IMG/VR virus record: IMGVR_UViG_3300031852_000001
Location: 1,107-65,106 of that record
Source: a virus
Lineage: Duplodnaviria > Caudoviricetes
DNA: 64,000 nt
Direction: 5' to 3' (one strand)
Shown: positions 20,682 to 30,134 of the stretch, piece by piece
Layout: the number at the start of each line of letters is the position of its first letter
How positions within the stretch are numbered: the first letter of the stretch is position 1
Position numbers and translations under genes: made by a program
Notes under the pieces: model-generated
What the model was told of the DNA's origin: nothing
Seen by the model: only the letters and a program-made list of their open reading frames with translations
The model's database searches: none

Positions 20682-23600
20682 ATGGCTCTCCCCACAATTT
20701 CACACAACACCCCCTCAGCCGGATCCATCTCTTGGACCGGCTTTTCTATTCAGTACGCGGGCGGCAGCTACACCATTGCCGCTGGCAGCACGCCCAACGC
20801 TTACGTTTGGTGGCTCTACAACGGCGGCGTAAGCCCTGCCCTGCAGAGCGGGAATGCCCTGCCAAACCTCGGCCCCGATGACATGATCCTGTTTCTCAAC
20901 AAGACCGGCACGGGCGTCCTGGTCCCCACCGCGGAATTGCTTGATGGCTCACTGATCGTCGGCGGGTCCATCCTTGCTGGTGCCATCGGCGCGAATCAGA
21001 TCCAGACCTCCCACCTTGACGCTGACGTGGTTACCGCAGACGAAATCGCAGCCGGCGCTGTCCTGGCGGAACACGTCTCCGCTGGTGCCATCACCACCGA
21101 AAAGCTCTCTGTCGGCACTGTCGGAAACGACCTGGTTGCTAACGGATCCTTTGAGGACACAAGCGAGGCCGGCCTCCCCCTGGGGTGGGAGTCGCTTGGC
21201 ACTCCCTACCTGGGATCCATCGCCCACATAACCGGCGTGTCCAGCTCGGGCAGGTATGCCATGCAGCTCTCAGCCACGGCCACCAACAGCAACATGGCTT
21301 TCAAGCAGACGCTCGACAAGCTCATCCCCGTATCCTCAGTCTCGGGCCGACGCTGGTATCTCGCAATGCGTGCCGGCGCTGGCACAGCATCCACCAAAGG
21401 TGCCTACCTCCGCGCAGCCTGGTACGACGCAAACAAGGTCCAGCTCACGACTGGCGGGTTCAACGACGCCGTAAGCAACGCAGCCCTCACTACGGCATGG
21501 ACCGTCCTGGAAGGGCAGGTAACCCCGCCCGCAGCGGCCCGCTACATGCAGATCCAGGTTCACCTGGCATCCCCCTCCGTGGCCACCAATATGTACGTCG
21601 ATGAGGTCATTGCTCGTGAGGTAGTCATTGCCGCGCAGATCGGTGACGGGCAGATCATCACTGCCAAGATGACGGCCAACACCATCGCTGGTGACCGCAT
21701 CACATCGAACACCCTGCATGCTGACAAGATCACTGCCGGCACAATCGCCGCAGACAGGATGATTGTCAGCGACTTCACCAACTACGCCCAGGACGGCAAC
21801 TTTACCGATGCCACCAAGCGCTCCTGGGGCGGCTCCGGAACCATCATTACGTCCAGCACTGAGCCCAACAAGCTCAAGGTAACCACCGCTGCTACCGGCA
21901 ACAATGACCAGCCCAACGTCTACTCATTCAACGTCACCCCCGGCGAAATGTACTACGGGGAATGCTACGTGTACGGCGAAACAACCAACGTGGGCGGCGG
22001 CGGGCCGAACATGCACCTAACCGTCCGACATGACAACGGCACCACAGCGTGGCCCGGCTTCCAATCCCTTACTCGCGCCGCAGTTCAAGGTCAGTGGGTA
22101 AAGCTTTCGGGCTTCATAACCATCCCGGCTGGTGCTCGCACTGCCAAGGTGGAGCCCGCAGTCGGATTCTCCGCTGACGCCGTGGGCAATATCTACTACT
22201 TCCGGAACGTCCAGGTTCGCCGCCTGAGTGGTGGAGAGCTGATTGTGGACGGCGCAATCACCACACTCAAGCTCGATGCTGAAGCAGTCACCGCAGACAA
22301 GATCCAGGCGAACGCAGTCACGGCAACAAAGATCCTGGCTGGTGCCATCGGCACCAACCATATGACGGCCAACTCGATCCACGCTGACCGAATCCTGGCA
22401 AACACCATTGCCGGGGACAAGATCATCGGCAACTCGATCCTTGCCGGCCATATCCTGGCGGGCGAGATTGGCACCGACCACATGGATGCCAACTCGATCA
22501 ACGGTGACAGGATCTTGGCCAACACCCTGACCGCTGCAAAGATCCAGGCAAACTCGATTACTGCTGATCGCATCCAGGCCTCGGCCATCACGGCGGACAA
22601 GCTCCTGGTCAGTGACCGAACCAACTACTGGGAAAACCCCGACTTTGAGCTTGACACCGTTGGGGGTATTCCCAACGGGACTACCAGCACCAACACCACC
22701 ACCTCACGAGTGGCCTCAGGCGGCGCTAGGGGATCGGGCAAGTGCCTTGAGCTGAACGCTCTCAATGGCTCCAACAACAGCGTCTACTCCACCAACCAAT
22801 TCCCGGTGGAGCCAGGGGATCAGTTCTATATCTCCTTCGACTACAAGTTCCTGAACACGGTTGGCACTGCCAACGCGGGCGTGGGCTTCCAGACGTTCGG
22901 TCCCACCAGGAACGCCATCACATGGGCAAAGGTGGACACCGGATCGGTTCGCCCCACCACATGGCAGGAGGGGGCTAGTGCCATGGTTGGCATCTACACG
23001 GTCCCCGCAGGAACCTACTACCTCACGCCATGGATCACCTTCCAGAACAACGCTGAAACCACCAACCGCTTCCATGTGGACAACATCATCATCCGACGCA
23101 TGAACGGCGGTGAGCTGGTTGTTGATGGGGCTATCACCACTAACAAGATGACAGCCAACACCATCAATGGTGACCGCATCCTGGCCAACACTCTGACTGC
23201 CGCAAAGATCGTGGCCAACTCGATTGGAACCACGCAGCTTACCGCTAACGGCGTTAACGCTGACCGCATCATCTCCAACACGATCACTGCCGCAAAGCTG
23301 CAGACAAACTCGGTAGTGGCGGACAAGATCCTAGCTGGTGCCATTGGTACCAATCACATGACCGCGAACACCATCCACGCGGATAGGTTGCTGTCGAATA
23401 CGATCACCGCCAATAAGATCCTGGCTGGCGAAATCAAGGCCGGCCTGCTGGAAACCAACCTGGTCCTGGCAACCAAGATCATTGCCGGTAACCCCACTGA
23501 GACGCACGCGGAGATGAGCCCTGAGGGCTTCCGCGTGTACGCCGACGACCCCTCGGATGGAGTCCCCAACGAGGTTGTACGCCTGGGCGTGGCTGGAACC

Positions 23601-24749
23601 AATGACTACTTCGCCATCACCAAGGCTGACGGCACGCTTGCAGCGTCCATCGATCAGAATGGCGTCGGATCGTTCACGGAACTCAACGCAACCAACAAGC
23701 TCTTTTACAAGGGTGTGGAGCTTCAGAAGAAGCTGGACGACCGTGGCAAGGGCATTGTGGGCGCGGGCTTCCGCTACAACAACAGCGTCAACAACGCATG
23801 GGTTGGTGGACCCTACATGCCCTACCTCCGCTTGGACGTAGACCTGGAGCCCTACCGGCTCTACAAGATTTGGTGCTCTCCCGTCCACATGGATCATGAC
23901 GGCGGCATTGGATCCACCGTTGCCATCACCTACGGCTTTGACGACCCTGCCAACGCCGGACAGATGCACTTGACCAAGACGCAGTTCCCGCCGCAGGCCT
24001 CGGGCTACAGGGCTACGCACACTGGCCTTACTGAACTGTGGGCCTATGGCGATGATGTGAACGCAACCCGCAAGGTTAGCTTCCTGGTTCAGTTCGGCAT
24101 TCAGACCGCGACCAACGGCGGCGGACAGTGCGGTATCCGCGCTACCGGCGACTGGCCTGTGCGACTCGTGGTTGAGGACGTTGGACCTACCGCAGCGTCT
24201 ATCGGCAACGGTACGCACATGGACGGCCCTCCCGGATCCAACCAGCCAGCACCGACACCGCCCCCTGCCAAGCAGACCTATGTGAAGCAGTACGGATGCT
24301 GGAACAGCGCCAACTACAACGGCAGCAATGGCCGCTACACCTACAACGACAGTGTGATGTACCAGGGCCTCAGCCCTGCCGGCCACGGCAACCTGAAGTC
24401 CTTGAGCCTACACAGCGATATGACGGCTGACCTCTCGGGGGCAGACATCAACTACATTCGCGTCTACTTCAACTTCCAGCACTGGTACTACAACTCGGGC
24501 GGCACCGCCCGTATCGGCCTGCATGGTCACACCGGCATCCCCGGTACATGGTCAAGCATGGGGCCGCAGGCCGTCGCCGTATCTGGCGGTTGGCCTAAGC
24601 CTGGCGCTCGATGGGTAGACATTCCCGCCGCCCACTGGGACGGCTTCAAGACCGGCGCATGGCGCGGCGTCACCCTCGAAGGTGACGGCACCTACGGAAC
24701 GTACGGCTACGCCGAACGTCCCACCATCGAAATCAGCTACAACAAGTAA
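20682..24749 (+). CDS. Large tail fibre / receptor-binding protein with three carbohydrate-binding-like modules
   Basis: Three NGSFE/DGNF/NPDFE-initiated beta-sandwich units separated by ANTI/ADKI repeats. Confidence 0.8.
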   Translation: MALPTISHNTPSAGSISWTGFSIQYAGGSYTIAAGSTPNAYVWWLYNGGVSPALQSGNALPNLGPDDMILFLNKTGTGVLVPTAELLDGSLIVGGSILAGAIGANQIQTSHLDADVVTADEIAAGAVLAEHVSAGAITTEKLSVGTVGNDLVANGSFEDTSEAGLPLGWESLGTPYLGSIAHITGVSSSGRYAMQLSATATNSNMAFKQTLDKLIPVSSVSGRRWYLAMRAGAGTASTKGAYLRAAWYDANKVQLTTGGFNDAVSNAALTTAWTVLEGQVTPPAAARYMQIQVHLASPSVATNMYVDEVIAREVVIAAQIGDGQIITAKMTANTIAGDRITSNTLHADKITAGTIAADRMIVSDFTNYAQDGNFTDATKRSWGGSGTIITSSTEPNKLKVTTAATGNNDQPNVYSFNVTPGEMYYGECYVYGETTNVGGGGPNMHLTVRHDNGTTAWPGFQSLTRAAVQGQWVKLSGFITIPAGARTAKVEPAVGFSADAVGNIYYFRNVQVRRLSGGELIVDGAITTLKLDAEAVTADKIQANAVTATKILAGAIGTNHMTANSIHADRILANTIAGDKIIGNSILAGHILAGEIGTDHMDANSINGDRILANTLTAAKIQANSITADRIQASAITADKLLVSDRTNYWENPDFELDTVGGIPNGTTSTNTTTSRVASGGARGSGKCLELNALNGSNNSVYSTNQFPVEPGDQFYISFDYKFLNTVGTANAGVGFQTFGPTRNAITWAKVDTGSVRPTTWQEGASAMVGIYTVPAGTYYLTPWITFQNNAETTNRFHVDNIIIRRMNGGELVVDGAITTNKMTANTINGDRILANTLTAAKIVANSIGTTQLTANGVNADRIISNTITAAKLQTNSVVADKILAGAIGTNHMTANTIHADRLLSNTITANKILAGEIKAGLLETNLVLATKIIAGNPTETHAEMSPEGFRVYADDPSDGVPNEVVRLGVAGTNDYFAITKADGTLAASIDQNGVGSFTELNATNKLFYKGVELQKKLDDRGKGIVGAGFRYNNSVNNAWVGGPYMPYLRLDVDLEPYRLYKIWCSPVHMDHDGGIGSTVAITYGFDDPANAGQMHLTKTQFPPQASGYRATHTGLTELWAYGDDVNATRKVSFLVQFGIQTATNGGGQCGIRATGDWPVRLVVEDVGPTAASIGNGTHMDGPPGSNQPAPTPPPAKQTYVKQYGCWNSANYNGSNGRYTYNDSVMYQGLSPAGHGNLKSLSLHSDMTADLSGADINYIRVYFNFQHWYYNSGGTARIGLHGHTGIPGTWSSMGPQAVAVSGGWPKPGARWVDIPAAHWDGFKTGAWRGVTLEGDGTYGTYGYAERPTIEISYNK

Positions 24750-24769
24750 CCCCAAAAGAAAGGACTCTC

Positions 24770-25129
24770 ATGAGTCTCATTGCAACAGCCCGTGCGATTG
24801 ACGATGCCCGCTTCGTCTGGCGCGTCAAAGCCGCTCTGCTCTCCACGGCAGCAACAAAGGTGACGGAGGCAGAAGGCCCGGAACAGTGGTTCGCTGAGCA
24901 CGTTCTGGACAACCCCATGGCTGAGAACAAGACAGCTATCGCCCTGGTTGCAGTCAATAGCGCAATCGCCAGCACCGTTGTTGTTGACGCCTTCAACACG
25001 GTCAACACTGAGGGAGTCACCGACGCCGACATTCTCTATGTCGTGGCCACCGAGTGGACCAAGCTGGCAACTCGCCACGATGAGCTGTCCAACCCTGCCC
25101 CCGCTGCTGGAGCAACAACAACCGTCTAA
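24770..25129 (+). CDS. Small virion-associated or fibre chaperone protein
   Basis: RBS AAAGGA; position after RBP. Confidence 0.55.
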   Translation: MSLIATARAIDDARFVWRVKAALLSTAATKVTEAEGPEQWFAEHVLDNPMAENKTAIALVAVNSAIASTVVVDAFNTVNTEGVTDADILYVVATEWTKLATRHDELSNPAPAAGATTTV

Positions 25130-25139
25130 GGACTAACCC

Positions 25140-25451
25140 ATGGCCGAATGGCTTCAATGGGTAGTCGCCCTTGGGGGACTCGCTGGACTCGGCGGGTTCC
25201 TCAAGGTTTTCTTTGAGCGGAAGAACAACGCTAACGCCCACTCCATAGCACTACTGGATCAGTACCAGGAGGACCGTGCTGCAGATCGGGCGCTAAACGA
25301 GAAGCTGCATACGAAAGTCGATCAGGTTCTCAAGCTGTACCACGATGAGCACGAGTACTCCACCGTCCTGCTTGCTTGGGGATTGGCCGGCGCACCGCCG
25401 CCCCCACCCCAGCGACAGCAGCGGGTCACCATCACAGCCACAACTGAATAG
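25140..25451 (+). CDS. Membrane protein (lysis accessory)
   Basis: N-terminal TM segment plus coiled coil, upstream of lysin. Confidence 0.6.
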   Translation: MAEWLQWVVALGGLAGLGGFLKVFFERKNNANAHSIALLDQYQEDRAADRALNEKLHTKVDQVLKLYHDEHEYSTVLLAWGLAGAPPPPPQRQQRVTITATTE

Positions 25452-25461
25452 CCACACCACC

Positions 25462-25493
25462 GGGAGGGCTCCTACGGGAGTCCTCCCTTCTTT
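25462..25493 (+). terminator. UACG-tetraloop terminator upstream of endolysin
   Basis: GGGAGGGCTCC-TACG-GGAGTCCTCCC-TTCTTT. Confidence 0.75.
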
Positions 25494-25510
25494 ATGCCCA
25501 GGAGGCAATC

Positions 25511-26362
25511 ATTAGCTACGTAATTGATGAATCACTGAACGACACAGAGTTCACCCCGGCCGGATCCGTTGCCGGCGTATTCGGCACACCCCGCCGCTAC
25601 GAGAGTATTACAGTGCATCACTGGGGCTCCTTCGGCCAGACGCACGACGGCATCAACGACTTCTTTGTGAACCGCAACCGCAACACTTCCGCTCACTTCG
25701 TTGCTAGCGATGGCCGTATCAACTGCCTGGTATCCCCTCAGGATGCAGCATGGGCGGCGGGCAATGCCTATGGCAATGCAACATCGATCCACATTGAGGC
25801 AAGGCCAGAGGCCACGGATGGGGATTACCGCACCGTGAGCTGGCTCATCTCATTCCTTCGGGAGCATTACGGGGCCAACCTGCCGCTGAAGCACCACCGC
25901 GAATGGTCCGCCACTGCCTGCCCTGGCAAGTGGGATCTTGCCCGCCTGGACCGCGAGGCTCGCGCGTGGAGCACTGCTGGAGCACCGGCCGCACCAACCC
26001 TCACGGTTGCACCTCAGAGCGCCACAGCGCCCGCAGCAATGCCCGGAGCTGGAGAGTTTCGCGTTGATCCAGGCGACACCCTTTCGGGGATTGCCGTCCA
26101 GTTTGGCTGGACTCTCCAGAGCATCATCGATGCCAACCCCGGAATTGATCCTAACCGGATCTACCCCGGACAGATCCTCAAGGATGGCAAGGCACCCTAC
26201 GTTGCGCCCAAGCCGACACTCCCCCCGTACTGCACTGTCGATCCGGGAGACACGCTTGGCGGCATCGCCGTCCAGTTCGGCGTGAGCCTTGAGCACATTC
26301 TGGCTCGCAACCCTGGCATCAATGCCAACCTCATCTACCCCGGCCAGCGAATCAATCTGTAA
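25511..26362 (+). CDS. Endolysin: Amidase_2 plus two LysM domains; inferred ATT start
   Basis: ITVHHWG, SAHFV, SIHIE, HHREWSATACPG; two VDPGDTL.GIA LysM repeats. Confidence 0.9.
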   Translation: MSYVIDESLNDTEFTPAGSVAGVFGTPRRYESITVHHWGSFGQTHDGINDFFVNRNRNTSAHFVASDGRINCLVSPQDAAWAAGNAYGNATSIHIEARPEATDGDYRTVSWLISFLREHYGANLPLKHHREWSATACPGKWDLARLDREARAWSTAGAPAAPTLTVAPQSATAPAAMPGAGEFRVDPGDTLSGIAVQFGWTLQSIIDANPGIDPNRIYPGQILKDGKAPYVAPKPTLPPYCTVDPGDTLGGIAVQFGVSLEHILARNPGINANLIYPGQRINL

Positions 26363-26375
26363 AGGAACTAAGTAA

Positions 26376-26639
26376 ATGGGCGAACACGTAAACGAGCAAG
26401 CACTTATCAAGGCTGACGCACTCAACCGCGCAGTCCGCACCCTTTGGCAGGGCTTCGGCTTTGACGCCGTAGCGGCCATTGGTGCCGGGACACTGATCCT
26501 GGTCAACGATATCCCCGTGGAATCTGCCCTCTTCTGGCAGTCCTTCGGAGCCCTGGCTTTGAAGTCAGTAGTGGTGTCGGCCGCGAGCTACATGGCTCGC
26601 CTGAAGCTGGCCCCCAAAACCCCTACTACTGGTGAGTAA
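26376..26639 (+). CDS. Holin
   Basis: RAVRTLWQG; two TM segments; follows lysin. Confidence 0.8.
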   Translation: MGEHVNEQALIKADALNRAVRTLWQGFGFDAVAAIGAGTLILVNDIPVESALFWQSFGALALKSVVVSAASYMARLKLAPKTPTTGE

Positions 26640-26675
26640 TTTCATAAGCCTGCTGATTGTCCGGTAGTATATTTC

Positions 26676-26762
26676 TCGGCCGGCTGGAGATTCCCCCAAG
26701 CGCTCGGCCGGCCGAACCTGGGGCGGGCGGGACTGTTTTCCCCCCGGATTGGGTTCCGTCCG
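26676..26762 (+). ncRNA. Candidate 6C-like small RNA (two hairpins with C-rich loops)
   Basis: 11-bp stem with C5 loop and 10-bp stem with C6 loop; G-U pairs favour + strand. Confidence 0.55.
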
Positions 26763-26779
26763 TCTCTTGTACCGGACAC

Positions 26780-26846
26780 ACAAAAAAGCCCCCCACCTGA
26801 GAGTCCTGTCTCTCGTCTGTCGCACAGATGGTGGGGGGCTTTTTGT
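26780..26846. terminator. Bidirectional terminator at convergence of the two arms
   Basis: ACAAAAAAGCCCCCCACC...GGTGGGGGGCTTTTTGT. Confidence 0.9.
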
Positions 26847-26853
26847 CGTTTAA

Positions 26854-27072
26854 CTAGAGCTTCGGTGAGGGGAACAGCACCAGTCGGGTAATGATTGCCA
26901 GGGTAATCATGGCGAGTCCCTGGAGCCAGGTGATGTGGACAGCTCCACCCGTTGCTGCCGGCACCAGCAGCATGAGGGCCATTGACAGCAGCGTAAGGAC
27001 GATTGCTGCCACAACGAATCCCAGGAGGATCTGACCGGCCGCGAGGGCAAGGATGGTTTTCACTTTAGACAT
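26854..27072 (-). CDS. Small membrane protein
   Basis: Two hydrophobic segments. Confidence 0.65.
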   Translation of the reverse strand: MSKVKTILALAAGQILLGFVVAAIVLTLLSMALMLLVPAATGGAVHITWLQGLAMITLAIITRLVLFPSPKL

Positions 27073-27649
27073 TGGTGAGGTCAGTCACTTTCACTTGGTG
27101 GAGCTTGAGGTTCAGGTTGTTGGTGATCCGTACCAGGGCACGGTCAGCGGTCATGCGTGACGCGGCATCGCTACGGTCAAAGGATTCGCCCAGGCCATAC
27201 TTGCGAAAGAGGATCTGCTTCTGATGCAAGCTCAGCTTGTCGAACTCGGTGCGGACGTCAATGCGTCCGTCGATATCCGGCACGTCCTCCACGTTGGCCC
27301 ACACGGCATCCTTGAGGTACGTCTCCACAATCTCCGGGGTGTAGATGAAGTTGCCCATGGCGTGCATCCGGTCAATGCGTTCCTTGACCAAGTACTTACG
27401 TGCTGACTTAGTTGCGAGGTCCGCAATACCCCTCTCGGTGTACCCGTCAAGGTGCTGCAGGTTCTCACCAATGAACAGCCAAATGGACTGGTTCACATCA
27501 TCAACCGTGCAGTACTCCGCGCCCTTGTGCTCGCGCTTGGCGATCTTGGAAACCATCTCCGCGTGCATCATGTGCAGCTCACGGAAACGAATGTTTTCAG
27601 GCATCTTCTTCTTTCGTCGGGCGAACATACGCCCGGTAGTGTTGGTCAT
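27065..27649 (-). CDS. Phage RNA polymerase sigma-factor-like protein
   Basis: Region 2-like (VSKIAKR..DDVNQSIWL) and region 4-like (KLSLHQKQILFRKY) segments. Confidence 0.65.
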   Translation of the reverse strand: MTNTTGRMFARRKKKMPENIRFRELHMMHAEMVSKIAKREHKGAEYCTVDDVNQSIWLFIGENLQHLDGYTERGIADLATKSARKYLVKERIDRMHAMGNFIYTPEIVETYLKDAVWANVEDVPDIDGRIDVRTEFDKLSLHQKQILFRKYGLGESFDRSDAASRMTADRALVRITNNLNLKLHQVKVTDLTNV

Positions 27650-27881
27650 CGCGCCACGCCTGTTCCTCCGCTGGGAGGATCATGGTTGCGCCAGCGTGTA
27701 CGTGGGACTGGTTGGCATAGCCCCACTCCAAGGCGTCCTGGGGAACAACCCATATGCGGCCGGCCTCGGGCTTCCACTCCGGGGGGAAGGGCTGGTCGAT
27801 GCCCAGCATGATCCGCGTCGGTTGGTTACTTAGTTCCGTGATTGTGTATTCGTGCGTTTCATCAAACGATGGAGTAGTCAC
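27597..27881 (-). CDS. Hypothetical protein
   Basis: ORF in operon. Confidence 0.55.
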   Translation of the reverse strand: MTTPSFDETHEYTITELSNQPTRIMLGIDQPFPPEWKPEAGRIWVVPQDALEWGYANQSHVHAGATMILPAEEQAWRDDQHYRAYVRPTKEEDA

Positions 27882-29025
27882 GGGCCTTGCCCCCTTCTGT
27901 GGTGAAGATCAGCGCACCAGGTGCGCCACGGTCCCCGGTGCGGTGCCGCCACCAGGTGGATTCCTGCTCTTGTGCCGGCGTCATGATCCAGGTCCGGTCA
28001 CCCTTGGTATCGAGCTGGAAACTGTGGCCGTGAGCGCTTACCGCCACGTCGGCCTGGTAAAGGTCCGGGTAGCGGCGGTCAAACGCTGAGCCCTGCCACC
28101 ACTGCCAGTGCTTACCTCGCGGGTGTTGATGCCCGTGGTAGTGGTGGATGACTGTCCCATTGACGTCCAGGGTTACGCCCAGTTCGTCCTTGCGGGGGAC
28201 GAATGTCTCTACGTGCCCATACACTGCAGGGTTGAGAGCCATGGCATCTGTCACTGCCACCAGTGCATCCACGGCAAAGCTGTCATCGTAGGTGGTCATC
28301 CCAGGACTACGGACAGCCTCATCATGGTTGCCAGGAACGCTTACAACCGTGAGCCGTTCCGTGTGCGGTGCGAACTGGTCAATCGCGTAGAGGAATACCC
28401 GGCGCGTAAGGCGTAATTGTTCAGTGAGGGTAAGCTCTGTCCGCCAGGCGTTCTTACCGCCCTGGCTGACGAATCCTTCAAGGCAATCTCCCATGAATGC
28501 GATGTGCGCGAACGCGGTTCGCTTCTTGCGAGACTCCCGAAACTCAGCCGCAGCGTTATCGATACTTTGGATAACACGGTCGATAGTTCCCGCAGTGCCG
28601 TCGCCATCTGCCTTACCAAACTGGTAATCGCCGTTCGCAAGGTTGAAAGTCCCTGCTCCACGCCCTGGCTTAGGCGCGGTCTTGCGTCGCTTGACATGAC
28701 TAAGTAGTTCCTCAATTGAGTGGTTACTAGGGGATATACGCTGGACATTGAACCGAAAGCTGGTCAGCTCTTGGATTCCGGAAGGGGTTTGAGCCTCCCA
28801 TGTGGAGTGTCGAATAGGACCGACAATTTCCCAGTCCTCTCCATCAAATCCAGCATTGGCAAGCAGGACGGGTCCGCGTGCGTCCGGATCCACTGAGCCA
28901 CGAGTCGTGACGGTACCCTTATCTCCAACGACTTCCTTCCCAGCCTGCCAGCCCTTGGGGGCTTGCCGCTGCACCGCTGCCAGCTCTACGGCTGGCTTAG
29001 TGGCCAGCATGTCTACAAGGCTCAC
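27862..29025 (-). CDS. Metallophosphoesterase (calcineurin-like)
   Basis: GDYQFGK, MGDCLEG, PGNHDE, HGH, AHGH motifs. Confidence 0.85.
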   Translation of the reverse strand: MSLVDMLATKPAVELAAVQRQAPKGWQAGKEVVGDKGTVTTRGSVDPDARGPVLLANAGFDGEDWEIVGPIRHSTWEAQTPSGIQELTSFRFNVQRISPSNHSIEELLSHVKRRKTAPKPGRGAGTFNLANGDYQFGKADGDGTAGTIDRVIQSIDNAAAEFRESRKKRTAFAHIAFMGDCLEGFVSQGGKNAWRTELTLTEQLRLTRRVFLYAIDQFAPHTERLTVVSVPGNHDEAVRSPGMTTYDDSFAVDALVAVTDAMALNPAVYGHVETFVPRKDELGVTLDVNGTVIHHYHGHQHPRGKHWQWWQGSAFDRRYPDLYQADVAVSAHGHSFQLDTKGDRTWIMTPAQEQESTWWRHRTGDRGAPGALIFTTEGGKARDYSIV

Positions 29026-29099
29026 AGCATCGCCAGCAATCCGGTGACGATCAGGAGTGCAATGCAGATGGGAATCTCATAGCCGGTAGTCCACTTCAC
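29022..29099 (-). CDS. 25-aa membrane peptide
   Basis: GTG overlaps upstream TGA; hydrophobic. Confidence 0.45.
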   Translation of the reverse strand: MKWTTGYEIPICIALLIVTGLLAML

Positions 29100-29335
29100 A
29101 GCGCCACCCGGCCCGTCTTGAGCTTGGTCCGGAAGTTCTGGATCTGATGCCCCTGAACCTCGTGGCCCATCTTGGTCAGCTCGGCCGCGATCTGTGGACC
29201 GGACCAAAGCTCATCCCGTACCAGGACTTTGAAAGCGTCCTGCTCTGCAGGGGCCAGTGCCTTGTAGATGGCCATGATCTTGTCGTGCTTGTGGCTGGCA
29301 GGCTTGCCCTCCTGCAGGAGTGTTGCCAGGCTCAT
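29096..29335 (-). CDS. Small HTH-like protein
   Basis: SGPQIAAELTKMGHEV pattern. Confidence 0.55.
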   Translation of the reverse strand: MSLATLLQEGKPASHKHDKIMAIYKALAPAEQDAFKVLVRDELWSGPQIAAELTKMGHEVQGHQIQNFRTKLKTGRVAL

Positions 29336-29910
29336 GCTGCCCACCGCGCAGCCCAGTTGTGATGGCCCAGTGCGTATTCAACCTCGTTGTAGAGCTTGTC
29401 CATTGATCCGTTGTTGTAGATCAAGTAGTCCTCGCCCATTCGGCCGGCCCAGCTCTCGGAGGCGTGGGTATCCTCCTTGTGCGCCAGGTGGCGCTCAACC
29501 TGCCAGAGGGATCCCCGGAGGTTGCCGATGCACTCTGCCTCATTGGGGAAACGTACGTCAGTGAATACGTATTTGCCCCGTTCCTTATCTAAGTCGTTGG
29601 TTGCCGCCTTGACCCAAAAGTCCTGGTCAATGCCACGGATACCCTCCGTGCCAAGCTGCTGCAGGAGACGCCGGTACTCGGGGAAGATTTTCTTTACCCC
29701 ATCCTCACCAATGTTCTGCAGCGCGTGGCTGAGCTTGATGGTGTGACCCGGCCGCATGGGGTCCATTCCCAGGATGGGATCCTGGGCAAGCAGTACGCGC
29801 TTGAGCGGGGCCGCAAAGGACCGCTTCTCAAACCCGTACCGGCTGACCAGGTAGTCGGCAACAGTGTCCTTGCCACTCTGAGCAAGGCCCGTAAGTCCGA
29901 TGAGGATCAT
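29332..29910 (-). CDS. Deoxynucleoside monophosphate kinase
   Basis: GLAQSGKDT, SFAAPLK, LQQLGTE, TDVRFPNE motifs. Confidence 0.9.
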   Translation of the reverse strand: MILIGLTGLAQSGKDTVADYLVSRYGFEKRSFAAPLKRVLLAQDPILGMDPMRPGHTIKLSHALQNIGEDGVKKIFPEYRRLLQQLGTEGIRGIDQDFWVKAATNDLDKERGKYVFTDVRFPNEAECIGNLRGSLWQVERHLAHKEDTHASESWAGRMGEDYLIYNNGSMDKLYNEVEYALGHHNWAARWAA

Positions 29911-30134
29911 GCGTTGGGCCTCCATTCGACCTCAACAAAGGTGCGGGTGAACTCCGAGTTTTCCCCGTAGGTCACGCGGAGCTGCCCCTTGGCCGGATCC
30001 ACACTGTGGCGCTCCAGTGCTGCAAGCACGTCGCTGATTGCGAACCGCGTGGCCAGAAGGTTTGACCCGCCCGTTGCCAGGAATGCGTTGCTCTCGGGGA
30101 GCGGGGCACGGCTGTAGTAAACCTGATCGGTCAT
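29907..30134 (-). CDS. Hypothetical protein
   Basis: Coupled ORF. Confidence 0.55.
   Translation of the reverse strand: MTDQVYYSRAPLPESNAFLATGGSNLLATRFAISDVLAALERHSVDPAKGQLRVTYGENSEFTRTFVEVEWRPNA

Noticed and set aside
18827-24749. Fibre repeats as a DGR target or tandem DNA repeat
   Set aside because: Repeats are protein-level with divergent codons; no reverse transcriptase or template repeat seen
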